A DNA stretch of 64,000 bases. Origin: Catajapyx aquilonaris (lineage: Eukaryota). Of the stretch, positions 1-10,753 are shown in pieces; the stretch's first letter is position 1; each line of letters starts with the position of its first letter. A program made the position numbers and the translations under genes. The notes beneath the pieces are model-generated. The model saw nothing but the letters and a program-made list of their open reading frames with translations, did not search any database and was not told the origin of the DNA. The stretch lies in assembly GCA_000934665.2 (NCBI GenBank), contig KZ538099.1:1-64000 (forward strand), written 5' to 3'.

Positions 1-1
1 T

Positions 2-213
2 ACTTGAAACGTGGGGTCCTAAAAGGACCCTACCTTCCCTGCAGGGTATACTTATGTCACCACCCCTAAGCAAGCTTTTGTCAAAATGAAAAACCGCACA
101 CCTGTAATCCTCAAATGTACTCTTTCATATTTGAGAAACAAATATGCGCGACGATTATTTTTTTAAATCGAGTAAGTGTCATTAAAACGCTCACGAGACC
201 CCAGGTTTCAAGT
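2..213. mobile_element. Putative MITE with ~17 bp terminal inverted repeats
   Basis: ACTTGAAACGTGGGGTC (2-18) is the reverse complement of GACCCCAGGTTTCAAGT (197-213) with 1 mismatch. The left flank is cut by the window edge, so no TSD can be assessed. Confidence 0.45.
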
Positions 214-698
214 TAAACATGGCTATGAGGTTTCATACTGAGGGTTGAGATTTTTTTTTGTGTGGGAGAAATTGGTAAGTAGCGGTTTTTTTTTAAAGAA
301 TTTTTTTTAGACTTGTGCCACTATTGTTGGCATGGTTATTCGGATATTTTTAGCAATGAGAAAAATGACTTGAAAATGCAGTACCTTCATGCATTGTAGA
401 CTAAATGTTTGTGTCTGTGTATTTTCAATTGTAGGAATATTTTTTCTAAGTCAATAACAGTGGTTGTATTGTTACCTTTGTTGGTAGGAACTGGAAATAA
501 TAGCCTCGGAGCTTCTCATCATCGTTACATGCGTACGAACCAGGGGGGGGTTCAAAAATGGCAAAAATGTGATGACGTAACATGTGTACCGCCCCAGACG
601 AAGCCAGAGACTCTGCACGAGATGAAGGAGGGAACCCCGAGCTGGGATCGAACCCGGGACCGTACGAGTATAGTATTCAGAAACTTACAGTAGGTGTA

Positions 699-2756
699 TC
701 AATCATTCCTGGTAATTCCTGACTTATTACTACGTGGGCAACATTTTACCTTAAATTCGAAAACAAATACACCGAAACTTATTGCAGCACCTACTAATAA
801 AAGATAAAACGGGGCCATCAGGTCATCCAGAGAATAGGAGGAAATTAAAGCGTTGCCTTCTGCCATTTCTTGCTTAGCTCTTTCCATGTTAGTACGCAGG
901 TGACGCAAAAAATTGAAGTCTGAAATCCATTTCCCAACTAGGTGAGCCTGAAATACATATTGTGACTGTTCAATTACATTTGTAGAGAATACTTCACCTC
1001 TTCCGATTCCCCAACCAACAAACATGTTCATATACTCTACTGGTGGGTAGTGGAGAAGTTCTCCTCTGCTGCTCGCAAATCCACCTCGCTCTTGCTCGGC
1101 AAACACGTTACTAATTAAGCAAACCACATTGCTTTTGAGAGTTTCCTCCATACATGACCTTGAATTACCGAGTATTAATGTTTTGTTCATTATGTCGTGG
1201 TAAATGGGAATAGTTTCAAAAACTTCATTCAATTTAATTGTGTTTTGTAGTAAGGTGTACGCTAAAATGGTCGTTCCCCACTTGAAATCTGAATTGACCA
1301 TCTCTTCCAGGGTCTGAGGTACAAACTCTTTTGAAGGAGAAGTAATGAATTCCACTACTTTGGTCTTGTAGCCACAACATACGACGGTTGCATATATCCA
1401 AAACACTCCAGTTAGAAATCGAGGGAGTGACATATTTGGAGATTGCATTGGCTGCTCAATCAGAATGCGGGAAAGACGGTAGGCCGAGAAGCAAAAGGAA
1501 TGAATTATCGTCGACATATTCTTAGTAGGCATCATGCAGCAGAAGACAAGAGCACAGGAACCGATAATGATAAAGAAAGAAACCCACGTGAGGGGTGTGA
1601 AAGGGTATATGAGCACTTTCCAAGTAGTCACAGGCCTCGGTTTACGAGTCACCATCATCCCACGAAAAAATAAAACAGGAGGGGACATTTCCAGTGTGCC
1701 GATGGCATACTCAGTGTTCACCATGCTGATGGAACAATTGGTGACTCCTCGCACGATGTCGCCCACATTTCCTGTCCAGGTACCGTTGGGCAATCTGTTC
1801 TGGAAATCCCCTCCTCTCATAGCAGTGACGAAGATAGTCACTTTGCAGTTCAAAAGTGCTTCCGTTGAAATGAGTGCTCTCTCCAGAGGATGTAATGCCA
1901 TGGCACCCAAACGTTTCATTCTGTCCTTGGCCTCGTTCAAATTCGCTGACTCATAACTCCCCATCACCACCTCCCTTCCGTTGAGGTTTTTGGTCATGTC
2001 CGGAAATAGGTCTTTTCCCCGGACCTTCTGACCTTGGTAGAGCCCGAAGTCCACGATGGAAGGCTGACCCTGATCGCAGTAGAAGCAGACGGAGGTCAGC
2101 CTGAGTCCCTGGCCCCCCTGCCCCTGAGTCGGACTGGCCATGAGCTTGAACCTGACCCCCGAGGCCATGGTGTCTGAGAGAAGGGCCTGGTCCATCGCAG
2201 GACGAGTGGTGTTGGAGGACGTGGAGGAGAAGAAGAAGGGGTCGTGTAGGTTTCTGACCCGGAGGGAGGAGGAGGCGTGGACCAGGAGAGGGGAGATGAG
2301 GGGAGGGAGGGATCGGAGTGGTGGAGATGACGATGGACCAAGGAGGAGGAAGTTAAAGGCGCAGGGTGGACCTGGACTGGTGGACCTGGACCTCATCTCT
2401 GTGGGCATGGAGGTGAAGGAAAAGGACCCCTCCTGTGTGAACCCTGGTGACCCTGATGATGATGATGGGTGGGAGGAGGAGGAGGAAGAGTCCTCCATCA
2501 CGGTGGTCACCACCACTCTCTGCACACTCCCTCGCGTCAGGAGGTCACGGATCCAGTCCACTGGGACCCTCTTCCCCTCCCTCACTATCACTATCTCACA
2601 CTTGATGAAGGACTCGTCCCACACCAGGTCCTGAAGTAAGGAGACAACAAGAGACTGTTCCGGATCTTCCCCCACCAAGTTGACACTGTTTGTTGCACCA
2701 GCGGCAACAGAGAGAAGCACAATTATCGCACACAGTTGCATTGTTACAGACTGCAT
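699..2756 (-). CDS. Divergent ionotropic receptor (variant iGluR chemoreceptor), intronless, 685 aa
   Basis: N-terminal signal peptide (LCAIIVLLSVAAG), S1 motif NGTWTGNVGDIVRG, pre-M1/M1 PFTPLTWVSFF, M3-like WIYATVVCCGYKTKVVEFITSP, and C-terminal TM SLDDLMAPFYLLLVGAAISFGVFVFE. A single-exon structure is typical of divergent arthropod IRs. Confidence 0.88.
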   Translation of the reverse strand: MQSVTMQLCAIIVLLSVAAGATNSVNLVGEDPEQSLVVSLLQDLVWDESFIKCEIVIVREGKRVPVDWIRDLLTRGSVQRVVVTTVMEDSSSSSSHPSSSSGSPGFTQEGSFSFTSMPTEMRSRSTSPGPPCAFNFLLLGPSSSPPLRSLPPLISPLLVHASSSLRVRNLHDPFFFSSTSSNTTRPAMDQALLSDTMASGVRFKLMASPTQGQGGQGLRLTSVCFYCDQGQPSIVDFGLYQGQKVRGKDLFPDMTKNLNGREVVMGSYESANLNEAKDRMKRLGAMALHPLERALISTEALLNCKVTIFVTAMRGGDFQNRLPNGTWTGNVGDIVRGVTNCSISMVNTEYAIGTLEMSPPVLFFRGMMVTRKPRPVTTWKVLIYPFTPLTWVSFFIIIGSCALVFCCMMPTKNMSTIIHSFCFSAYRLSRILIEQPMQSPNMSLPRFLTGVFWIYATVVCCGYKTKVVEFITSPSKEFVPQTLEEMVNSDFKWGTTILAYTLLQNTIKLNEVFETIPIYHDIMNKTLILGNSRSCMEETLKSNVVCLISNVFAEQERGGFASSRGELLHYPPVEYMNMFVGWGIGRGEVFSTNVIEQSQYVFQAHLVGKWISDFNFLRHLRTNMERAKQEMAEGNALISSYSLDDLMAPFYLLLVGAAISFGVFVFEFKVKCCPRSNKSGITRND

Positions 2757-2903
2757 GATGATCCGCGTTGCTTTTGTGTCCCGGTCACACTGGAACTGCT
2801 GTCCTATAAGAACGTGTCGTACACTGTCAATAATTGACAGTGTACGACACGTTCTTACAACTTCTTATACAGGTCTTGCGCGTAACATTACATCCGCACT
2901 TAT

Positions 2904-3342
2904 GACCTTGCCTTGATCTCTTGTCACAACACAGCAGTATAGCTTGCCCTCTAATTTGCTTTGCAGTTACCTTGTCCTTAGCTCGTAAAATATTTGCAAG
3001 CTGTTGCCTACAACACCTTGCTAATATTTATCTGTGTGTGACTTTCGTAATATTTGTAAAGGTCAGGCAGGACATAGTACAGATTAAAAGGGCGACACGG
3101 TGGCCGAGTGGTTAGCGCCGCAGCCTTCCACCTCTAAGGTCCCGAGTTCGATCCCCGGGTCGGACGGAGGATACTTATGTGGATAGAGTTTCGATGGGTT
3201 CTCTCCGTGTTCGCGTGGGTTTTCTCGGGGTTCTGCCGTTTCCTCCCACTATCAAAATCCATCACATTTCATGCAAATGATTAAAGTCGGTAATTCAAAA
3301 GATGATCCCCTAAGAGGCCCTAGGGGCCTATCACGGGGTATC

Positions 3343-3406
<64 letters not shown>

Positions 3407-3558
3407 GTACAGATTAAAAGACCACTGCCTCCCAAACTTGGGGTCTTGATCACAAAAATGTTGTCTCGAATACGATTACGAGGGCGATAAGAGGGTAAGA
3501 AGTAGCCTATATTTGCAAAATCATTTTCTTGAAAAACCCGCCCAGAAAACAGGAAATG
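2904..3558. repeat. IR upstream segment duplicated in inverted orientation at 6819-7167
   Basis: GACCTTGCCTTGATCTCTTGTCACAACACAG...CCAGAAAACAGGAAATG matches the reverse complement of 6819-7167 once the SINE is removed. Confidence 0.9.
3091..3403 (+). mobile_element. tRNA-derived SINE with V-domain (V-SINE-like), (ATT)20 tail and 17 bp TSD
   Basis: A box TGGCCGAGTGG and B box GTTCGATCC; V-domain-like TTCTCTCCGTGTTCGCGTGGGTTTTCTCGGGGTTCTGCCGTTTCCTCCCAC; ATT repeat at 3344-3403; TSD ATAGTACAGATTAAAAG at 3074-3090 and 3404-3420. Confidence 0.92.
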
Positions 3559-4807
3559 CATTCTCAGCATGGCCCGCCATTAATTTGACCCAGCTGAATG
3601 TCATATCCCTATTATTATAAAGCTCAATATTTCTGTACATAATTATTTATGTCACGTTTTGAATTGCCATAGCAACCGGTTGTTGACATACAAAGATAGT
3701 TCTGTTGTTATATAGAAACGACTCCAATGGGTGAAAATGTGGAGTGTGAGGCTCCCATCCATACCTCCCCCCCGGCTCCCTCAGACGATCAGACCTGCAC
3801 GTTGCATGGAATTTGGTTGGATTTGGAAGTAAACTTGCCAGCAGACACAAATGAAAAACCTGACATACATCCAATCAGTGCACTTACAGTAAAACCTGCC
3901 CATTTCGGACCCTGCTGGTTATGTAGGGGAAACCTATCCATTGCACTGCGGATATATTTCTGTGGAGAACGGGCATATACACAGGGCATGCAATGCATTT
4001 ATTACTGTGATTGATGATGTAGGGGAACCTGCCTAACCTGGAAGGGATTTCTGCGAGGATTTCTGTCTCCCTTCACAGAAAATCTCTGTTCATAACGGAA
4101 TTCACTGCCCTATACACCATACGTCCGTACTGTGTCTCATAATGGGGAACTAGCCTTCATTTTGGAAACTACATAATAAATTCGCCCATATTTTTTGGAT
4201 TTTTTTGGCATATTCCGTTTTAAGATATCAGTTTCAGTTCCGGAGTAATTGGGGTTTTTATGTAGGGAAATGGTGACGTCACTGTTTCCCTAGAAAATGT
4301 TGACGTCACGCGAAGTGAAATGAACGCAAAAATGGTGTTATAGAACGCGCCCCGTCATTGTTGTAAAATGCTTCGCTGGTGTTAGCAACCGTCCCATTCC
4401 GTGAGCAAGATAGCGGCCGGGGCGCGTTTTTACTTCACGCCGCTCAATCAGCTAAGGGGTTGGCAGTGGTGCCAACTGGTAGGAATTATCTGTCACCCGA
4501 ATTCGGCACATGAAGGCCCCCTTTCTCCACCTCGATGGCCTACAGCCGCCTTGCGAATGCTTTCCGTCGTGTCCGCGGTTAATTCAAAGTCAAATTCCTC
4601 ATGTCTCGCAGTCAACCAGGCATTTCGGTGTACCCTTTCGATTGGCAGCGGCGTTTTTCCCGCCAATTTTGAAGGCACTTTTAAATGTGCCGTAATTTAT
4701 CCAGTAATGTCATTTTGATGCAACAGAGTGATGGAATGTATGTTTACAGGCATGGGCTAGCTAGTTATGAACAAAAATCCCAAATCCCAGACCAAGGCTA
4801 GTTCCCC

Positions 4808-4889
4808 ATTGAATCACTTTTTATAAGAAGGGAACAAGTCCAATAACTTTAAGTTGGACTTGTTCCCTTCTTATAAAAAGTGATTCAAT
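4808..4889. repeat. Perfect 36 bp inverted repeat with 10 nt spacer
   Basis: ATTGAATCACTTTTTATAAGAAGGGAACAAGTCCAA - taactttaag - TTGGACTTGTTCCCTTCTTATAAAAAGTGATTCAAT. Confidence 0.9.
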
Positions 4890-5308
4890 TGCTATCTGAC
4901 CACGGCTTTGAAGATATTGGTGAGGAAAGGAAACTACAGAATTTCTGGTTGGAAAACGAAGAGACGGCTTGCATGGGGGCCAAGAAGATTGCGACTCATG
5001 ATTCGTATAGGGTGCCTTTGTTCACTGTTCAGTTTTAAAATGTCATGGAAGAGGAAGGGCAAGGGGGTAACCACGTATACTCTGGTGTACACTTGCAGTG
5101 GTACTCCCAGGTACTCCTTAGGTATTTTACTCTTTGGTACTCCTTGGTACTCCTTGAATTTGGTACTCCAGTGGACACTTTACAGTCGAGTGGTTAACCC
5201 CTTGAGGAAGGGGTTGACCCACGCTCAATGTATTGCCCGTGTCAGGGCCGATGGTCCAATAGAGCAGGCAAAAGTAATAGCCCAAAACTAGTGTGGCAAA
5301 GTTTAGTG

Positions 5309-5582
5309 CAGTGGTTCCCAACCTGTGGGTCGCGACCTCCTTTGGCCTTGGGGGTCGCAATGCCTTTTCCAGTGAGTCTCGCGGTGGCTGCGGTAATATA
5401 TTTTTACTTTCAAGAAATTTTATAGGATATTTCACCACGAAGGTTTCTAAATGTTTGAATATGTCTACAATACCGTATACATTATAATCTTCTACTAATA
5501 CTCGTGCGAGGGGGGTTGGGGTAGCAGGTTACTTGACTATCATAAAAGGGGGTCGCGACCCGATAAGGGTTGGGAACCACTG
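5309..5582. mobile_element. hAT (Charlie-like) MITE
   Basis: TIRs CAGTGGTTCCCAACC / GGTTGGGAACCACTG, subterminal GGGTCGCGACC motifs, and an 8 bp TSD GTTTAGTG at 5301-5308 and 5583-5590. Confidence 0.92.
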
Positions 5583-6158
5583 GTTTAGTGCTTCAAATGG
5601 GTGGCTGGAAAGTTTCCGCAACAGGCACATAATTTCATCGAAAACCCCGTGCGAAGAACGGGTCCCCTGCTAGTTATTGAATAATTGGAACCATTGATCT
5701 CCTCTGCAAAACATGACTTTGATCATTTGTGTGGTGATAGTCCAGGTACTAAGGGACATATTTGGCCAAAACTTTGCATTTTGGGACAAAAGTATGAAAC
5801 TCGGTATATTGGTTCTTTGGACACTTGTGATCATATTTGGACGTGGGGCCACGATGACCCACCCCGGTGGAGGTCACTTTCGCAGGGTCACAGTTGAATG
5901 CGACGATGGGGGCAATGGGGCCCATTGCCTTCCCTCCACGCAGACCAAGTTAGCTCACCTTGCCTGAACAGCCCCTTTTTGTTGTGGGACTCACTCCCTT
6001 TTTGAGCTTCATGATGCGAGGGTGTCCAGAGGAGCTGCCGCTGACACTGGCATTTAAGTATTCTGTATTCAGTGTTATATTGGGTTTGGGAGTCCCCTTT
6101 GCTGATGGTATTGTTGAACCCGGGGTTCAGGGTTCATTGTTGAGGGATTTGGGGGCAG

Positions 6159-6342
6159 GTTGAACGCACGTCAAGTGTGAGGTTCAGTGAGTTGCATGTC
6201 CTATTTTTCCCATTGGGTTACATCATCAGGTAATCTTTATTTTTGGGAACGGAATGTTGAACGCACTTTAAAGTGTGATGTTCAGTGAGTTTGTACGACC
6301 TGTCCTCCCCCATTATTGCATCATCAAGTGTTCTTTATTTTT
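6159..6342. repeat. Imperfect tandem duplication, ~97 bp period, 2 copies
   Basis: GTTGAACGCAC...AAGTGTGA.GTTCAGTGAGTT...CATCATCA.GT..TCTTTATTTTT occurs at ~6159 and ~6256. Confidence 0.7.
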
Positions 6343-6563
6343 CGAGTCTATTGTGGCGAAGGTTAAATGGGCAATGTATGGATTGATTCATAGATTGTGA
6401 AGAGGTATTATTTGATTGGTGTTTTGGATGCAACAGGGGAAAGGAAGAGAGATTCGAAGCGCATGCATAGTGTGTTGAAAAGCAGATGCTTGGTCAGGGA
6501 TGTGTGTAATGTGTTTAGTTGGGCATTAAATGGGGCAAATTGCCATTACATGATCATTAAGTC

Positions 6564-6690
6564 CACTGTTCTCAATTTATCACGGACCTACGACCTATGA
6601 CCTATGAAAATAGCCGAGGCCTCTCACGGCCCCCCTGGACCTGCTCCATGGCCCCCTTGGGGGGTCGCGACCCCCAGGTTGGGAACCACC
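6564..6690. mobile_element. Degenerate hAT MITE fragment related to 5309-5582
   Basis: The right end GGGGTCGCGACCCCCAGGTTGGGAACCAC matches the hAT MITE terminus. The left end is uncertain. Confidence 0.6.
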
Positions 6691-7227
6691 AGGTGGAGGT
6701 CACTTTCGCAGGGACCCTGCGAAACGCCACCGGGGTGGGTCATCGTGGCCCCACGTCCAGATATGATCACAAGTGTCCAAAGAACAAATACACTACCGAG
6801 TTTCATACTTTTCCTGTTCATTTCCTGTTTTCTGGTCGTGTTTTCCAAGAAAATGATTTTGCAAAATACTTCTTACCCTCTTATCGCCCTCGTAATCCGA
6901 AATATCATATTTGAGACAACATTTTTGTGATCAATACCCCAAGTTTGGGAGGCACTGGTCTTTTAATCTATACTATGTCCTGCCTAACCTTTACAAATTT
7001 TACGAAAGTCACACACAGATAAATATATATTAACCTGGTGTTGAAGCGAAGGCAACCAAATGAGGCAACAGCTTGCAAATATTTTACGAGCTAAGGACAG
7101 GGTAACTGCAAAGCAAATTAAAGGGCAGCTATACTTCTGTGTTGTGACAAGAGATCAAGGCAAGGTCTCTCTATAGCCATGCACACTGTACAGTACCGGT
7201 ATGGTAATATGCGACCCGGCCTGGACA

Positions 7228-7833
7228 GGAGCTTGAACCTGACCCCTGAGGCCATGGTGTCTGAGAGAAGGGCCTGGTCCATAGCAGGACTAGTGGTGTT
7301 GGAGGATGCGGAGAAGAATATCGTGTAGGTTCCTGACCCGGAGGGAGGAGGAGGCGTGGACCAGGAGAGGGGAGATGAGGGGAGGAAGGGATGGGAGTGG
7401 CGGAGATGACGATGGACCAAGGAGGAGGATGGTGAAGGCGCAGGGTGGACTTGGACTGGTGTACCTGGACCTCATCTCAGTGTGCATGGAGGTGAAGGAG
7501 AAGGGCCCCTCCTGCGTAACCACTGGTGACCCTGATGATGATGATGGGTGGGAGGAGGAGGAGGAAGAGTCCTCCATCACGGTGGTCACCACCACACTCT
7601 GCACACTCCCTCGGGTCAGGAGGTCACGGATCCAGTCCACTGGGACCCTCTTCCACTCCCTCACTATCACTATCTCACAATTGATGAAGGACTCGTCCCA
7701 CACCAGGTCCTGAAGTAAGGAGACGAAGAGCGAAGTTTCCCCGTCTAGTTCTGATGAATTGAGAGTTATTTGCGTAAGCCACTGGTGTGAATGTAGCAAT
7801 AAGAAGAAACACTTGGATGAACACACTGCACAT
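7228..7833 (-). pseudogene. Truncated, frameshifted ionotropic receptor paralog (N-terminal part only)
   Basis: 7230-7727 is near-identical to 2143-2647 (VSLLQDLVWDESFI...MDQALLSDTMASGVRFKL). Its own signal peptide MCSVFIQVFLLIATFTPVAYA (ATG 7833) is out of frame with the body, there is a second frameshift near 7320, and homology ends at ~7228. Confidence 0.85.
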
Positions 7834-9129
7834 TTTTGCTGAGGCAGATGTTTTCACAGGAAGGAATATGCGGTTAGCACCTGAGAATATGTGACACACT
7901 TCTCATAGAAGCACGAACAGACCTTTTATGTTCTATGAAAAATTGATGCGACCTTTTGGCGTCACGTGAGCTTGTTGAAGTGCTGAGGCAGGAATATCGC
8001 ATAGTCTGTATAGGCCTAGTACTAATTTTCGTAATGGAGGTCATCCACCGGAAAACTATTATGTACAGAAAATCACATGGCATGAGGCCAATATTTCTTC
8101 TCTTGCTATTCGCCACCAGCGGATAATGCTCGCGTTTGCATTGATCTCCGTCACTATTTGATGTGGGCTACCAAATACTTTATGCCCAAATGCACCCATT
8201 CTCCATTAGACTAAAAGGTTTGAGAGCCATTGCTGATTGTTATGGATGTGAGCACGGTCGTGCCAAGTGTTAATTGATTGTCTTTTTAGCGCACCATAGT
8301 GAAAACCTCCCAAGTTGTCTCCCCTCTGACCCAATCGGGCCTTCTGTTTTCATTCGGCAATTTTGGGTTTGGCGTCAATTCAATAAGGTCCGTCTTTGTT
8401 GCCGCCCTTCGATCCCCTAAAATTTTATCTCATCGCCTACCGGGGCGTTTTACATGAGGTGTCCACTTAGCGCCATGAGACCGCCTTTCACTGCTACATT
8501 ATGTGGCGACCCTACCAGACCGTGCTGAACTTAGGTATAGAAGAGAAGCGATTCGAGTCGATGCCCTCGATCGAAGCATAACAATATCGAAGGAGATATG
8601 GACTCTTACATTTGCTTTGCAGATAGTCCACTTTATTTGCAACAGACAATTAAGTCAGCAAGAACATTGCAACAAATATTCCCAAATGAAACAACAATGA
8701 TACGAAAATAATGATCTGCAAAAAAAAACTACAGGAAAAAAAACAATTCTTCATAGAAATCAAGGCTAAAGTATGATGTATCTGGGGAAATTATTCCATA
8801 GCAATTTATACACAAGCATCACAGAGTATACCAAGGACAAGGTGAACTACCATACTTGTAAAGGAAACGAAAACAATATAGCCAAAGAACCTTGCTAGCG
8901 GTAAAGTTAATAATAATAATGTTAATAATAAATAATTAGTCCCAAAATCAACCAACATATGGCAGTAATGTAAAGATATCGTTATGTGAAGCAGCAGTTT
9001 CAGGTCTAAAATGTCAACCAACAAAAGCGTAGCCAACCATGCCTTAAATTTTTTTAGATATTATCATTGGATAATATACATTTAGCAAAAGATGAAGATG
9101 ATGTTGGCTCTGGAAACTCTTAAGTGAGT

Positions 9130-10510
9130 AAAGTGCCACTTAGCAGGCCTGTTTCATTTCCCTTCATGTCAGATGATGCCTCAGCTTCATTGCCCATGCC
9201 TAGGTGGTGCACAATCTTTTTTATGTTTCATTTTCCCTCTTTGATTCCTTGTTAAGTTGTCTAGTATACTGACGCTTACTCATGTTCAAGTAGTATCGAA
9301 CAGCAAAAGCCATAATGTCCTCTTTATGAGTATGGCATGGAAAGCTGACGACAACTGTTCTCATTACCTCTTCTACTGTCCTGTCATATGCATTGGCCTT
9401 CATACAGTACTTGGCAAAGCATGTCTCTACAGACCTGATGAAATCAAAGAACTGCCTATTCGGATGAATCAACCCTCCACAGGTCTTCATGTTCACTAGT
9501 TTCGCTGACACTTGCTGCGAATATCTGACTGGTGATATCAAAGCTGATTTGCATTTTGCACACTTTACGTGCTTGACGATTTGCTTTACCAAATATCCCG
9601 AAACATAATACAATAACAATGCACAGTCAATTACAGGTGCACAGTTGTAAACTTGTAATCACTATGTCAGTGAACTCTCACTCCGTTGTCTCGATAAGTT
9701 TTGTGAATTTTTCCTTCAATGCTTCAACAGCTGACGGTTCAGGAGTGCCTGAGAATATTTCCTGTAAATCACTCAGTTTAATCAGAGGTTCTGTTGGTGT
9801 GTCATCGTTTGCACTGCAGTTGCCATATTTTGGCAGTTTTAAGCAAACTGTAAAAAGACAAAAGCTTGTAAAGCTGCAGAACTGTTGGCGTTGCTGGATG
9901 ATCGTTGGATCCCACTGCCAGCCTGATTATTTATACCAAAGAAACCAACAGAAACATTATTTATGCTCAAGGCTATGGATGGCACGAAATTGTTGTCTTA
10001 CCTCCAAGGCATCTTGGTTCGGCTTTCCCGCGTCAGCACATATTTGAACCCACACTTGTCCACGAGGTATACTGGCATATTCCAATGGTCGACTACAAAG
10101 TTACTCGCAGACCTTCTGCAGTATACTTGAAGTCAAGAATTTGTCTTGAGCTATGTGGCCTTCCTGGAGTCCCTTCTCCCAGTCATTGAGCCAATGAAGA
10201 GTTTTTTTTTTTTGCAACACCTGTGGTCATGATAGATTGGCAAACATGCATGTACTTCGCTGCATACCATATGGAGTGCAGCAATGATTATCTTGCATAA
10301 GGGGGAGAAACTCAAAAATCACAAACCATATAATCCATGCTGCCTCGAGAAACTCCTTTGCCTGCTCTTTTCTGGTTTAGTGCATCAAACGCATCATTTA
10401 GTTTCTCGCAAAGGTCAACTGACCCCATACAGTCATCCAGACTCCGCACTCCTTCGCCTGCATAAAATCCCAGTCCATCGGCAACAGATTTGACATACAG
10501 TCTTTGGTTT
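9130..10510 (-). pseudogene. Decayed P-element/THAP9-type DNA transposase (C-terminal two thirds)
   Basis: Minus-strand fragments: SVADGLGFY...LCEKLNDAFDALN; CGFKYVLTR..NQDALE; FFGIIRLAVGSNDHPATPTVLQLYKLLS; YYVSGYLVK..KHVKCAKC; GGLIHP; FPCHTH. These match the P-element transposase catalytic and C-terminal motifs, with frameshifts and stops. Ends are approximate. Confidence 0.82.
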
Positions 10511-10753
10511 TTGCAAAAAAGGCTTCAAATGTAGATTACGTACCGGTATGTCTTATTCAATATTAATTCAATCATATTCACATACTTCGGCGGGCTCTGT
10601 CCAATTCAAATGACAAGGCGCTTCATGCCGGCTGAGACGATGCCCGATAGCTCCTCCGATAGGATCAGAACTAGAACATGTCTTCTGCAGCAGAAGTTTT
10701 CTTCTGATGAGTGTCTCTTGAGAGTACTGTACGGACACTAATAATCACCAGCC

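Noticed and set aside
3091..3165. tRNA gene
   Set aside because: The A/B boxes are the head of a SINE (V-domain, ATT tail, TSD), and there is no complete cloverleaf.
3331..3570. ORF with a poly-Ile tract
   Set aside because: It is the translation of the SINE (ATT)n tail.
4401..4750. Possible THAP-like remnant on the minus strand (VP...RNAWL)
   Set aside because: The C2CH residues cannot be recovered, and the similarity is too weak to call by eye.
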